DNA from: Candidatus Saccharimonadales bacterium | GTDB taxonomy: Bacteria > Patescibacteriota > Saccharimonadia > Saccharimonadales > JACDBH01 | NCBI GenBank assembly: GCA_049292975.1 | Contig: JBATRZ010000062.1 | Span: 1 to 55,033 of the forward strand | Direction of reading: 5' to 3' | Length of the DNA: 55,033 nt | Shown: positions 23,443-31,153 of the stretch, piece after piece | How positions within the stretch are numbered: the stretch's first letter is position 1 | Layout of the letters: every line of letters starts with the position of its first letter | The notes under the pieces: generated by a model | Seen by the model: the letters and a program-made list of their open reading frames with translations, nothing else | Database searches by the model: none | What the model was told of the DNA's origin: nothing | Position numbers and translations under genes: made by a program

Positions 23443-23790
23443 ATGCCAATTATCAAATCAGCGAAGAAGCGCGTCAAGCAAACCCGCAAAGCGACCGTCC
23501 GCAACGCCCGTACCAAGCGTTCTTTACGCAGCTCGCTCAAGGGCTTTTCAAAAAAGCCAAGCGCAACGTCAAAGTCCAAGGCCGAGAGCAACCTGGACAA
23601 GGCCGCCAAGAAGGGCCTGGTCCACAAGAACAAGGTCGCCCGCAAGAAGCGTCAGCTCGCAGCCAGCGCCAAAAAGGCCGGCGTCAAGCCCGCTGCCGCC
23701 AAGAAGGCCGTAGCCAAGAAAGCGCCTGCCAAGAAGGCAGCCCCAGCTAAGAAACCAGCCGCCAAAAAGGCTCCTGCCAAGAAAAAATAA
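23443..23790 (+). CDS. rpsT: 30S ribosomal protein S20 with Lys/Ala/Pro-rich C-terminal tail
   Basis: MPIIKSAKKRVKQTRKATVRNARTKRSLRS is the bS20 N-terminus. The C-terminal 40 aa are AKKA/PAKK repeats. Confidence 0.9.
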   Translation: MPIIKSAKKRVKQTRKATVRNARTKRSLRSSLKGFSKKPSATSKSKAESNLDKAAKKGLVHKNKVARKKRQLAASAKKAGVKPAAAKKAVAKKAPAKKAAPAKKPAAKKAPAKKK

Positions 23791-23829
23791 ACAGCCTTCG
23801 GCTAATATTTGATACTTGATATCTAATAA

Positions 23830-23853
23830 ACCGCCCCAACAGGGGCGGTTCTT
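23830..23853 (+). terminator. Rho-independent terminator of rpsT
   Basis: ACCGCCCC-AACA-GGGGCGGT followed by a T-rich tail. Confidence 0.7.
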
Positions 23854-23871
23854 AATAATCCGTAAAATCCC

Positions 23872-23925
23872 CATCTGTAAAAGGTCAGACCCTTGGGTCT
23901 CCTTCCTTGGGTCTCCTTCAAGCCA
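23872..23925. repeat. Diverged inverted-orientation copy of the ATCTGTTAAGGGTCAGACCCTT element, with its own 14-nt tandem word
   Basis: CATCTGTAAAAGGTCAGACCCTT, then GGGTCTCCTTCCTT GGGTCTCCTTCAAG. Confidence 0.6.
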
Positions 23926-24145
23926 ACTCTCAATTCCCTCCCGAATTCATTTTGGGAATTGAGGGCGAACCCTTGCGGTCGTTCTTGCTGCGCGTCAGCC
24001 CGGCCAATTATTTCAATTGTGTTTGCAGTGGGCGCGAGTTCTTTTGCAAACTTTTCTGTCTTACCCCAAGCAACGGGTTGCTTGGGGACCCCGCTGTCGA
24101 TACAGAAAAGTATGGACTTGCTTCTTCGTCTGAAGAAGTTATTGG

Positions 24146-25060
24146 CTAGATAGTAAGGAGGAAGTGCTGCACGGCGTCGTCGGCGTCTATCATCTCTGAT
24201 TTTAACCGCACGTCCAGCGCCAGTGCCCTGTCTACCAGATCCTTGACCTGTTTTTGCGACAAATTGTGTGTAAGATTGAGGGTTTTGTGCACAACGTATG
24301 GATTGAGCTTGGCGGTGCGGGCTATTTCGTCCGCGCCGTCGCTCTCGTTGAACTTGACCACCGCCAGCACATGCACCTGCCAGGCAATCATGCCCATGAT
24401 GGCCTGCGGCTCTACTGCTTGCTTGCGCTGGTCCTGGTACAGCTCCAGCACGCGCCGCTTGTTGCCCGCGAAGGCGGCATCTATCAGGTCGAACACACTG
24501 CTCCCCGGCAACGGTTCGGTAAGCAGGTCTATGCTGGCCTTCGTAACCTTGTCTTCATACAGCAGCAGCTTGTCCAGCTCGTTACTTAGGCTCATCTGAT
24601 TAGTGCCAAGCCGCGACACCATGTAGCTAGCATCCGTCATTGTCAGGCTGCCGCCGCGCGCCCTGGCCTCGCCTACCAGCCAGGCCGCCAGGCCGCGCTC
24701 GTCAAGCTCAGTGAATTCACGCAGCTCGGCACGCTTCTTGAGCGTCTTATACAGGCCCAGGCGCTTATCGAACTTGCGCTCGTTAATAATAAGATCGGTG
24801 GTATCAGCAACGGCATCCAGCAGCTTGCCGGGGTCATCGGCCAGCGCTTTGTTGGCGGCGGGACTTAAAAGCATTATCATCCGGCGCGGCGCTAAAAAAG
24901 GCAGGCTGGACACGCTCTCTAGCAGGCGGCCGAATTCCACATCACCAGCGTCAATTGTTTCCAGCCCAAAATCGCCATGCTCGGCTACGAAACCAGCCGT
25001 AAGCTTCTTCAGCTCAGCACTGCGGGCAAAATCATTACTGCCGGTTAAAACAAGTATCAT
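24146..25060 (-). CDS. holA: DNA polymerase III subunit delta
   Basis: The N-terminus MILVLTGSNDFARSAELKKL...LESVSSLPFLAPRRMIML and the overall 304-aa helical layout are typical of HolA. Confidence 0.8.
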   Translation of the reverse strand: MILVLTGSNDFARSAELKKLTAGFVAEHGDFGLETIDAGDVEFGRLLESVSSLPFLAPRRMIMLLSPAANKALADDPGKLLDAVADTTDLIINERKFDKRLGLYKTLKKRAELREFTELDERGLAAWLVGEARARGGSLTMTDASYMVSRLGTNQMSLSNELDKLLLYEDKVTKASIDLLTEPLPGSSVFDLIDAAFAGNKRRVLELYQDQRKQAVEPQAIMGMIAWQVHVLAVVKFNESDGADEIARTAKLNPYVVHKTLNLTHNLSQKQVKDLVDRALALDVRLKSEMIDADDAVQHFLLTI

Positions 25061-25064
25061 TTAT

Positions 25065-25087
25065 CAATTCACATTTCACATTTCACA
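25065..25087. repeat. Left inverted-repeat arm bracketing four-helix-bundle gene 2
   Basis: CAATTCACATTTCACATTTCACA is complementary to 25477-25499 at 22 of 23 positions, with a 17-nt perfect core. Confidence 0.9.
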
Positions 25088-25095
25088 TTAATGTA

Positions 25096-25458
25096 TCATT
25101 TGCCATTTTTCAGTGTAGAAATGATTTTCTGCAAGATGAAAAGCAGCTGGCTTACCTCATCTATTTCATTATGACAGGAAAAATTCTCATTGGCTTCCTG
25201 TAGGAGCCTTAGCCAGTAGCGCGTTTCTGCAGCTTCTTTCTTGGCTATGAATATTTTATTTCTAAAATCCAAGCGGGATGCGGCATTGTTTGCCTCTGTA
25301 TAATTGGCCCCGATACCGGTTGCAGAACGGATTAATTGGGTCTTGATGATTCTGTTCTCTGAGGTTTCTGGCAAAGGTTTCACAAGCCGTATGATCTGAA
25401 GCGAGAACTTAATTGTACGCTCCTCTAATTCTTTGGATCTGCCTTGTGAATTGTCCAT
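25096..25458 (-). CDS. Four helix bundle protein (23S rRNA intervening-sequence protein family)
   Basis: ...FSLQIIRLVKPLPETSENRIIKTQLIRSATGIGANYTEANNAASRLDFRNKIFIAKKEAAETRYWL fits the PF05635/TIGR02436 pattern. The gene is low-GC. Confidence 0.85.
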   Translation of the reverse strand: MDNSQGRSKELEERTIKFSLQIIRLVKPLPETSENRIIKTQLIRSATGIGANYTEANNAASRLDFRNKIFIAKKEAAETRYWLRLLQEANENFSCHNEIDEVSQLLFILQKIISTLKNGK

Positions 25459-25476
25459 TGTGAAATTATTGTGAAT

Positions 25477-25499
25477 TGTGAAATGTGAAATGTAAATTG
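25477..25499. repeat. Right inverted-repeat arm bracketing four-helix-bundle gene 2
   Basis: TGTGAAATGTGAAATGTAAATTG, made of heptamer words TGTGAAA. Confidence 0.9.
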
Positions 25500-25564
25500 C
25501 TCATGCTTCCTCTGCGAGAATTTTTACGGTGGGGTTGTAGCATGGGCGTATACTTGATTGCGAC

Positions 25565-27715
25565 ATGAGCTCCACCATCATCGTTTCCAACCGTCTGCCT
25601 GTAAGTGTCAAAAAAACCAAGAACGGCCTGGAATTCTTTACCAGTGCGGGCGGCCTAGCCACCGGTCTTGGGTCGTATGCCGCCCGGCGTGACAGTGTTT
25701 GGATTGGCTGGCCCGGTATCGTCTCTGACGGATTGAGTCTTAAGGAACTAAGAGAGATTACCGAGGGGTTAAAGAAGTACAAGTGCAGCCCCGTCTTCTT
25801 GACCCAAAAAGAAGTAAACGAATTCTATAGCGGCTACAGCAACGCCCTGCTTTGGCCATACTTTCATACCTTGCCTGCCGATAAAAAAGCCGGCAAGCAC
25901 TGGCGTGCCTATCAGGATATCAACGCCCGTTTTGCTGCCAGCGTGGAGGAAATCGCAGACCAGGACAGCAGCATCTGGGTGCATGATTACCAGCTGCTGC
26001 TGGTGCCCGCCCTGCTGCGCTTGCAGCGGCCGCGGGCGACGATTGGCTTTTTCTTGCACATACCGTTTCCGGCGGCGGAGCATTTTGCCGCCCTGCCCCA
26101 TGCCCGCGAGCTTATCCGCGGCATGCTGGGGGCCGATCTGGTTGGCTTTCACACCGATGCTTACACAAAAGATTTCCTAGATACCTGCAGCACGCTGCGT
26201 ATCGGCACGCCAGCCAAAGGCGGCCTGGCCACGCGCGGCCGGCCTGTGCGCGTGACCAGCTTTCCTATCGGCATAGATTATGACAAGTTCGCACTCTCCG
26301 GCCGCAGCCGCAGCGTCCAGATTGCACAGCGCAAGCTAGAACGCAAATACAAGGATGCCAGCGTCATCCTGACGGTAGACCGCCTTGATCCGACCAAGGG
26401 TTTTATTGAACGCCTGCAAGCCTACCGCACCATGCTGGAGCAAAGCCCAAAGTTGCATGGTAACGTCATCATGGTCATGCTGGCAGTGCCGTCACGCAGT
26501 GATGTAGAAGCTTACCGGAAGCTGAAGTCTCGGGTAGACAAACTGGTCCATGATATCAATGACGCGTACGGCACACGCAGCTGGCAACCGGTGGAGTACC
26601 GCTATGAATCAGTGGAGTTTGATGAGCTGGCTGCCCTGTACCGCGTAGCCGATGTCGCATTTGTGGCACCCTTGCGGGACGGCATGAACCTGGTTGCCAA
26701 AGAATTCGTAGCCAGCCAAAGCAGCCATAAAGGCATTCTGGTCTTAAGTGAAACGGCAGGTGCTGCCGAGGAACTGCGCGATGCCCTGCTGGTGAATCCC
26801 GGCAAACCCAAGGCTATGGTCCGCGCCCTTACCCGCGCCCTGGCAATGCCCAAATCCGAGGTGCGTACCCGCGTCAAAGCTATGCAGGACGTGCTGGCCG
26901 CCAACACCATCCACACCTGGGCCAATTCCTTCATGCGCACGCTCAACTACAACAATGTCCGCGGCCTGGCTAGGATAGAGGGCACCATGAAGCTGGCATT
27001 CGGAGTGGCCGGGCAGCGCCTGTTGCTGTTCGATTATGACGGCGTGCTGGTACCTTTCGCACCTACGCCAGGATTGGCCAAGCCGTCTGCCAAGCTCCGC
27101 AGCACGCTGGCCCGGCTGGCAAGCGCCGGTAATACCGATGTGGCTATCATCAGCGGCCGCGACGGCCCGACACTAGAAGCCTGGCTGGGCGATATCAACC
27201 TAACGCTCATCGCCGAACACGGTGCCAAGATTAAACTGCCGGCCGGGCCTTGGCAAGAACTCGCCGAAACCAGTGATAACTGGAAAAAGACAGTGCGGCC
27301 AGTGCTTGAACGCTACGCCCGCCAGACTCCAGGTGCTTTTGTCGAGGAAAAAACTTATTCGTTAGTTTGGCATTACCGCAATGCAGCACCCTATGCGGCT
27401 CAGAAAGCCATTGCCCGCATGCAGACCACCCTGCCTAGCCTGCTGAAGCCTTGCGGCATGCGCCTGTACCGCGGCAACATGATACTGGAGATCAAGAATC
27501 CTGCTATCAATAAGGGCAGCGCCGCTAAGCGGATGCTTACCCGGCATTATGATTTCATCATGGCCATCGGCGATGATTTTACGGACGAGGACATGTTTGC
27601 CGCCCTGCCATCGGACGCCTGGACAATAAAGGTCGGCCCGGGCCGCACGGCCGCCAAAATGCGTGCGCGTGACGTAAACCAGATCCGGGCGCTCCTCAAT
27701 AACCTGGCCGGATAG
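25565..27715 (+). CDS. otsA: Bifunctional trehalose-6-phosphate synthase / trehalose-6-phosphate phosphatase (OtsA-OtsB fusion)
   Basis: N-terminal GT20 domain (IIVSNRLPV...GGLATGL...VHDYQLLLVP...FFLHIPFP...DGMNLVAKEF) and a C-terminal HAD phosphatase (LLLFDYDGVLVP...GDDFTDEDMF). Confidence 0.9.
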   Translation: MSSTIIVSNRLPVSVKKTKNGLEFFTSAGGLATGLGSYAARRDSVWIGWPGIVSDGLSLKELREITEGLKKYKCSPVFLTQKEVNEFYSGYSNALLWPYFHTLPADKKAGKHWRAYQDINARFAASVEEIADQDSSIWVHDYQLLLVPALLRLQRPRATIGFFLHIPFPAAEHFAALPHARELIRGMLGADLVGFHTDAYTKDFLDTCSTLRIGTPAKGGLATRGRPVRVTSFPIGIDYDKFALSGRSRSVQIAQRKLERKYKDASVILTVDRLDPTKGFIERLQAYRTMLEQSPKLHGNVIMVMLAVPSRSDVEAYRKLKSRVDKLVHDINDAYGTRSWQPVEYRYESVEFDELAALYRVADVAFVAPLRDGMNLVAKEFVASQSSHKGILVLSETAGAAEELRDALLVNPGKPKAMVRALTRALAMPKSEVRTRVKAMQDVLAANTIHTWANSFMRTLNYNNVRGLARIEGTMKLAFGVAGQRLLLFDYDGVLVPFAPTPGLAKPSAKLRSTLARLASAGNTDVAIISGRDGPTLEAWLGDINLTLIAEHGAKIKLPAGPWQELAETSDNWKKTVRPVLERYARQTPGAFVEEKTYSLVWHYRNAAPYAAQKAIARMQTTLPSLLKPCGMRLYRGNMILEIKNPAINKGSAAKRMLTRHYDFIMAIGDDFTDEDMFAALPSDAWTIKVGPGRTAAKMRARDVNQIRALLNNLAG

Positions 27716-27742
27716 AATTGTTCTTTGATCTTCGGACGCCGC

Positions 27743-28705
27743 CTAGACAGACTGGCAACGGGGGCAAGTATGGGTGCCGCGGCCGGCAACTTTGGTTTTG
27801 ATAATAACCGTGCCGGGGTGGCGCGGGCAGTCCTTGCCCTCACGCCGGAACACACGGGCAAAATCTATGTAGCTCCCCTTCTTACCCTCGGCATTCACGT
27901 AATTCCTGTCCGTCGAACCGCCCTTTTCTATAGCTAATTCCAGTACTAGCCTAAGCTCAGAATATAGAATATAGATTTTGGATTTTGGAATATCGGCCAC
28001 TTTGCTTGCGGGGTGGATTTTGGCGCCCCAAAGTGATTCGTCGGCGTAGATATTGCCTACTCCGGCCAAGACAGTTTGATCGAGTAATGCTGCTTTGATG
28101 GACGTCTTTGCCCTTTTTTGCAAACGTTCGTAGAGAATTTTGGCGGTAAACTCATCACTCAGCGGCTCGGGCCCCACCTTCTTGAAGAAGTCTATATTTG
28201 GCACCTCAACAGTTGGCAACAGCCGCATCCAGCCAAACTTCCGCTGGTCATTAAAATACATGTGAGAGGACTGTCCTCTCACATCTTCGAGGTGGAGGGT
28301 TGCGCGGGTGGATTTGTCTGGCAATCTGCCGATGAGACTGTCGTTGGGATGCCCTGCCCCAAACCGCTCCTCTGGAGTAAAGTCCTTGGTCTTTAGTCTT
28401 CCGTCTTCAGTCTTGACTGGTGACCGCTGACTGGTGACCGCTGACTCCCGTTTACGCACGTAAACAAGCTGGCCCGTCATCTTCAAGTGAATTACCAGGC
28501 TGTAGCCAGAGTCTAAATCTATTATTAAAACTTTGGCACGACGGCGTACATCAATAATTTGTGCGCCAATTAAAAACTGCGCTACATCACCCGGCGCATT
28601 GGGAAAAGACTTGGGCCAATCAAAATCTACTGATTTGACCGTTTTGCCAATAATTAATTTATGCAAGCCACGCCGGACAGTCTCTACCTCTGGTAATTCA
28701 GGCAT
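27743..28705 (-). CDS. mutM: Formamidopyrimidine-DNA glycosylase (Fpg/MutM) with in-frame insertions
   Basis: MPELPEVETVRRGL, H2TH (LLDQTVLAGVGNIYADESLW), and a C-terminal zinc finger CPRH...CPRCQ. About 50 aa longer than E. coli Fpg. Confidence 0.9.
   Translation of the reverse strand: MPELPEVETVRRGLHKLIIGKTVKSVDFDWPKSFPNAPGDVAQFLIGAQIIDVRRRAKVLIIDLDSGYSLVIHLKMTGQLVYVRKRESAVTSQRSPVKTEDGRLKTKDFTPEERFGAGHPNDSLIGRLPDKSTRATLHLEDVRGQSSHMYFNDQRKFGWMRLLPTVEVPNIDFFKKVGPEPLSDEFTAKILYERLQKRAKTSIKAALLDQTVLAGVGNIYADESLWGAKIHPASKVADIPKSKIYILYSELRLVLELAIEKGGSTDRNYVNAEGKKGSYIDFARVFRREGKDCPRHPGTVIIKTKVAGRGTHTCPRCQSV
27959..27993. repeat. Heptamer tandem array in mutM coding sequence
   Basis: AGAATAT AGAATAT AGATTTT GGATTTT GGAATAT, encoding PKSKIYILYSE on the minus strand. 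Confidence 0.85.
28262..28282. repeat. 21-nt perfect palindrome GTGAGAGGAC-T-GTCCTCTCAC, in frame in mutM
   Basis: Read directly from the sequence. Encodes VRGQSSH. The flanking bases extend the palindrome to ATGTGAGAGGAC.GTCCTCTCACAT. Confidence 0.95.
28389..28445. repeat. Heptamer-periodic module, in frame in mutM
   Basis: GTCTTTA GTCTTCC GTCTTCA GTCTTGA C, then TGGTGAC CGCTGAC TGGTGAC CGCTGAC. 57 nt, equal to 19 codons. Confidence 0.85.
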
Positions 28706-28711
28706 GTACTC

Positions 28712-28720
28712 ATTGTACCA
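28712..28720 (-). promoter_or_regulatory. Extended -10 promoter element abutting the mutM start codon
   Basis: On the minus strand, TGGTACAAT is followed by GAGTAC and then the ATG at 28705. No Shine-Dalgarno sequence. Confidence 0.45.
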
Positions 28721-28841
28721 GCCGCGCGTTCCGCACTTGAGCCGGTCTTGGTGCGGTTTTTGAGAAACGTTAATAGGAGCCGTACTGGGGTAAGGTGACT
28801 GGCATGGTCTATCTGTTGCCTGCCGGCGCAGAGCGCCTAGC

Positions 28842-29765
28842 TCAGGCGGCGGACTTGGCGCTGTCGCGGCGCTGCTGTATTTGCACCAACTCGCTCGTCA
28901 TCTTCAGTGCCAGCTTGGCAACTTTGTGCGGATGCATCTGCGGGGTCAGGTGGCCGGCACCGCGGTCGGGATAAACCTGGAACAGGTCGAATATCCTGCC
29001 CCCGTCGGTGCCCTGCTCTACTAGTTTTAGGGGGAATAGCTCATCTCCGCCAAACTGCAGGGCGCCGCTTGGTATGCCTAGCTCACGAAGCCGCGCCGGG
29101 CGGCCGGTAATGTCGGCCGAGGCAATACGTACCGCTTCTTGACGGGCTTTGCCGGGATTTTGCCAGACATAGTTGGATGATGCGCGGACTATGCCCAGAC
29201 CGTAAGCGGGGTGGCTGGCCATCTCCCAGGTCAGTCGGGTAAAGACGCCGGGATTGCGCAGGGCGCGGCCAAGTATCCTGCGGGCATTGTCGTTCTTGAT
29301 AAGCCCGCCCGAACCCATCACCACTAGCGAACGGAATTCACCCGGGTGTTCCAGGCACGCCCGGCTGGCATTAGCCCCGCCCTCCGAATGGCCTTTGGCA
29401 TCTACTTTTTGCAAGTCCGGCATCAGCGCGCGTGCCGCGCCAAGCACTAGCATACCGGTGTTTACCTTATGGCCCTCGGGGTCATCCAGGAAGTCCGGAT
29501 GCATGATACGCGGGTAACCCAGCGTTATCGCCACCCTGCCGGCTACGGCATAGGCATTGGTCAGGCGGTCTGTACCTTCTATACCGTCAGTAAAGCCGGG
29601 GAACACTTCGATAGGGTGGTCGGACACTGGCTCAAACGGCCGTTTTACCGTAAACAATATCTGCTCGTGCGGTGTGGCAATCTGCCCTACGCCTACCTTA
29701 TACAGTAGCGGCCTGTCCTCGGGCAGCCATTGGAATTCATGCGTGATTTCCGGCATTGCAGCCAT
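28842..29765 (-). CDS. Alpha/beta-hydrolase-fold protein
   Basis: Nucleophile elbow GHSEGG. The length and secondary-structure pattern fit an alpha/beta hydrolase. Confidence 0.6.
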   Translation of the reverse strand: MAAMPEITHEFQWLPEDRPLLYKVGVGQIATPHEQILFTVKRPFEPVSDHPIEVFPGFTDGIEGTDRLTNAYAVAGRVAITLGYPRIMHPDFLDDPEGHKVNTGMLVLGAARALMPDLQKVDAKGHSEGGANASRACLEHPGEFRSLVVMGSGGLIKNDNARRILGRALRNPGVFTRLTWEMASHPAYGLGIVRASSNYVWQNPGKARQEAVRIASADITGRPARLRELGIPSGALQFGGDELFPLKLVEQGTDGGRIFDLFQVYPDRGAGHLTPQMHPHKVAKLALKMTSELVQIQQRRDSAKSAA

Positions 29766-29926
29766 AATTTAAGCTAATTGTATGCTAGCTTAGGCATTTT
29801 ACAAGCAGATTATGCGTACATTTGTCCGCCTGTAGATATGTATATAGCGTAACTTTACTTAAGAATACGATCTTATCTTTTTGTCAATTTATTAATACAC
29901 ACCTCTGTTACATTAATAGTATACTG

Positions 29927-30172
29927 ATGATACATATGGATTCGCTTCAAGACATCTTAGGCCGCCGGCAATTCGACGAACCGCCGGAGATTCAAGCAAT
30001 CAAGACTTTTGTGCGCAAAAATTTTAGCACCGATGTAGGGGTGCATGTCGGTCCGCACAGTATCACGGTCACTACGCCGTCCGCCAGTTTGGCAGGCAGT
30101 TTGCGCCCCCTGACGCACAAGCTAAAAAAAGATCTAGGTATTGATAAGAAAATATTTATCCGCATTGGTTAA
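29927..30172 (+). CDS. DUF721/DciA-like small protein
   Basis: ...VGVHVGPHSITVTTPSASLAGSLRPLTHKLKKDLGIDKKIFIRIG resembles the DUF721 core. The track ORF starts with TTG far upstream, so ATG 29927 or 29936 is more likely. Confidence 0.4.
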   Translation: MIHMDSLQDILGRRQFDEPPEIQAIKTFVRKNFSTDVGVHVGPHSITVTTPSASLAGSLRPLTHKLKKDLGIDKKIFIRIG

Positions 30173-30211
30173 GTGACATAAATCACTGTAGCTCCCATAT
30201 ATGCGTGTAGA

Positions 30212-31132
30212 ATGAGGCCTATGGCTGAGAGAGTTATATTTTCCGACCTAGGCGAGCATGACGAAATGTTCCTGAGCGAGCTGAGCGGCCGCATTGAGGC
30301 CCTGGCTGGCGACCATGCCGGTTCAGAAAAAGAGTACGACCCATACGAGTTCGTGGACGAGATGGACCAAGCCATTGCCGACGGCACACTGGACCTGGAT
30401 GATCCCGGCGCACAGCTGGACGAAGCCACCAAAGCCGCGCTGATAGTAAACCTGATTACAGAAGAAGGCATCCCAGAATACACCAGTACTATCCAGCGCA
30501 GACTGCCTTTCAACCATCCGCTGCGGCACTGGTCCCACCTGTGGACGGCCGACGAAGGCCGCCACGGGCCAACCATTGCCAATATTTTGCATCGTACCAA
30601 GCAGTTCAGCATGCGCGAACTTGAGCGTATGCGCATGGCCATGATGCGCTACCCTGATACGCCTCAGCCCGCCTCAGTTATCGAGAGTGTGGTGTATCCC
30701 GGCATCCAGGAACCCGCTACCGAGATAAGCCACCGCAATACCATGCGGCGTTTCCCGCGGGCGCTGGTAATCGCCAGGCGCGCTATAGGCCGCGTAACAC
30801 ACGATGAGGTCCGCCACGGCGGTTTCTACGCCGGCGTAGCCGAGGCAGCCATGGAAGTTAATCCGTCAGTGGTTGTCATCGCGGCAGGCCGCCAGGTGCG
30901 TGATTTTGCCATGCCCGGCAAAAGTATGCCCGGTTTTGAGGAGCGCGCCAGGATTATCAGGGAGGCCGATATTTTCGGCCCGCGCCAGCTGCGGCAGATT
31001 TATGATGATTTCTTGGTTAATAGGCTTGGTATCTTCCGCGCCGAGGGGCTATCGCCCGAGGCAGAAAAAGCCCGTGATTTCATAGCCAAGAGGCTTAAGC
31101 TGCTCGACAGGCTCAGCCGGACAGCCGGCTAA
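30212..31132 (+). CDS. Acyl-ACP desaturase family di-iron protein
   Basis: WTADEGRHG and HDEVRHGGFY correspond to the two (D/E)ExxH di-iron motifs of soluble acyl-ACP desaturases (WTAEENRHG type). The start could be 30212 or 30221. Confidence 0.7.
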   Translation: MRPMAERVIFSDLGEHDEMFLSELSGRIEALAGDHAGSEKEYDPYEFVDEMDQAIADGTLDLDDPGAQLDEATKAALIVNLITEEGIPEYTSTIQRRLPFNHPLRHWSHLWTADEGRHGPTIANILHRTKQFSMRELERMRMAMMRYPDTPQPASVIESVVYPGIQEPATEISHRNTMRRFPRALVIARRAIGRVTHDEVRHGGFYAGVAEAAMEVNPSVVVIAAGRQVRDFAMPGKSMPGFEERARIIREADIFGPRQLRQIYDDFLVNRLGIFRAEGLSPEAEKARDFIAKRLKLLDRLSRTAG

Positions 31133-31153
31133 CTACCGGCTTGCAATATTTTA

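Noticed and set aside
23893-24153. ORFs 23893..24153 and 23907..24149 downstream of rpsT
   Set aside because: They have non-ATG or weak starts and no motifs. They run through hairpins and repeat copies, so the region is treated as non-coding.
25501-25782. 93-aa minus-strand ORF overlapping the otsA-otsB start
   Set aside because: It overlaps the N-terminus of a confidently identified gene on the other strand and has no motif.
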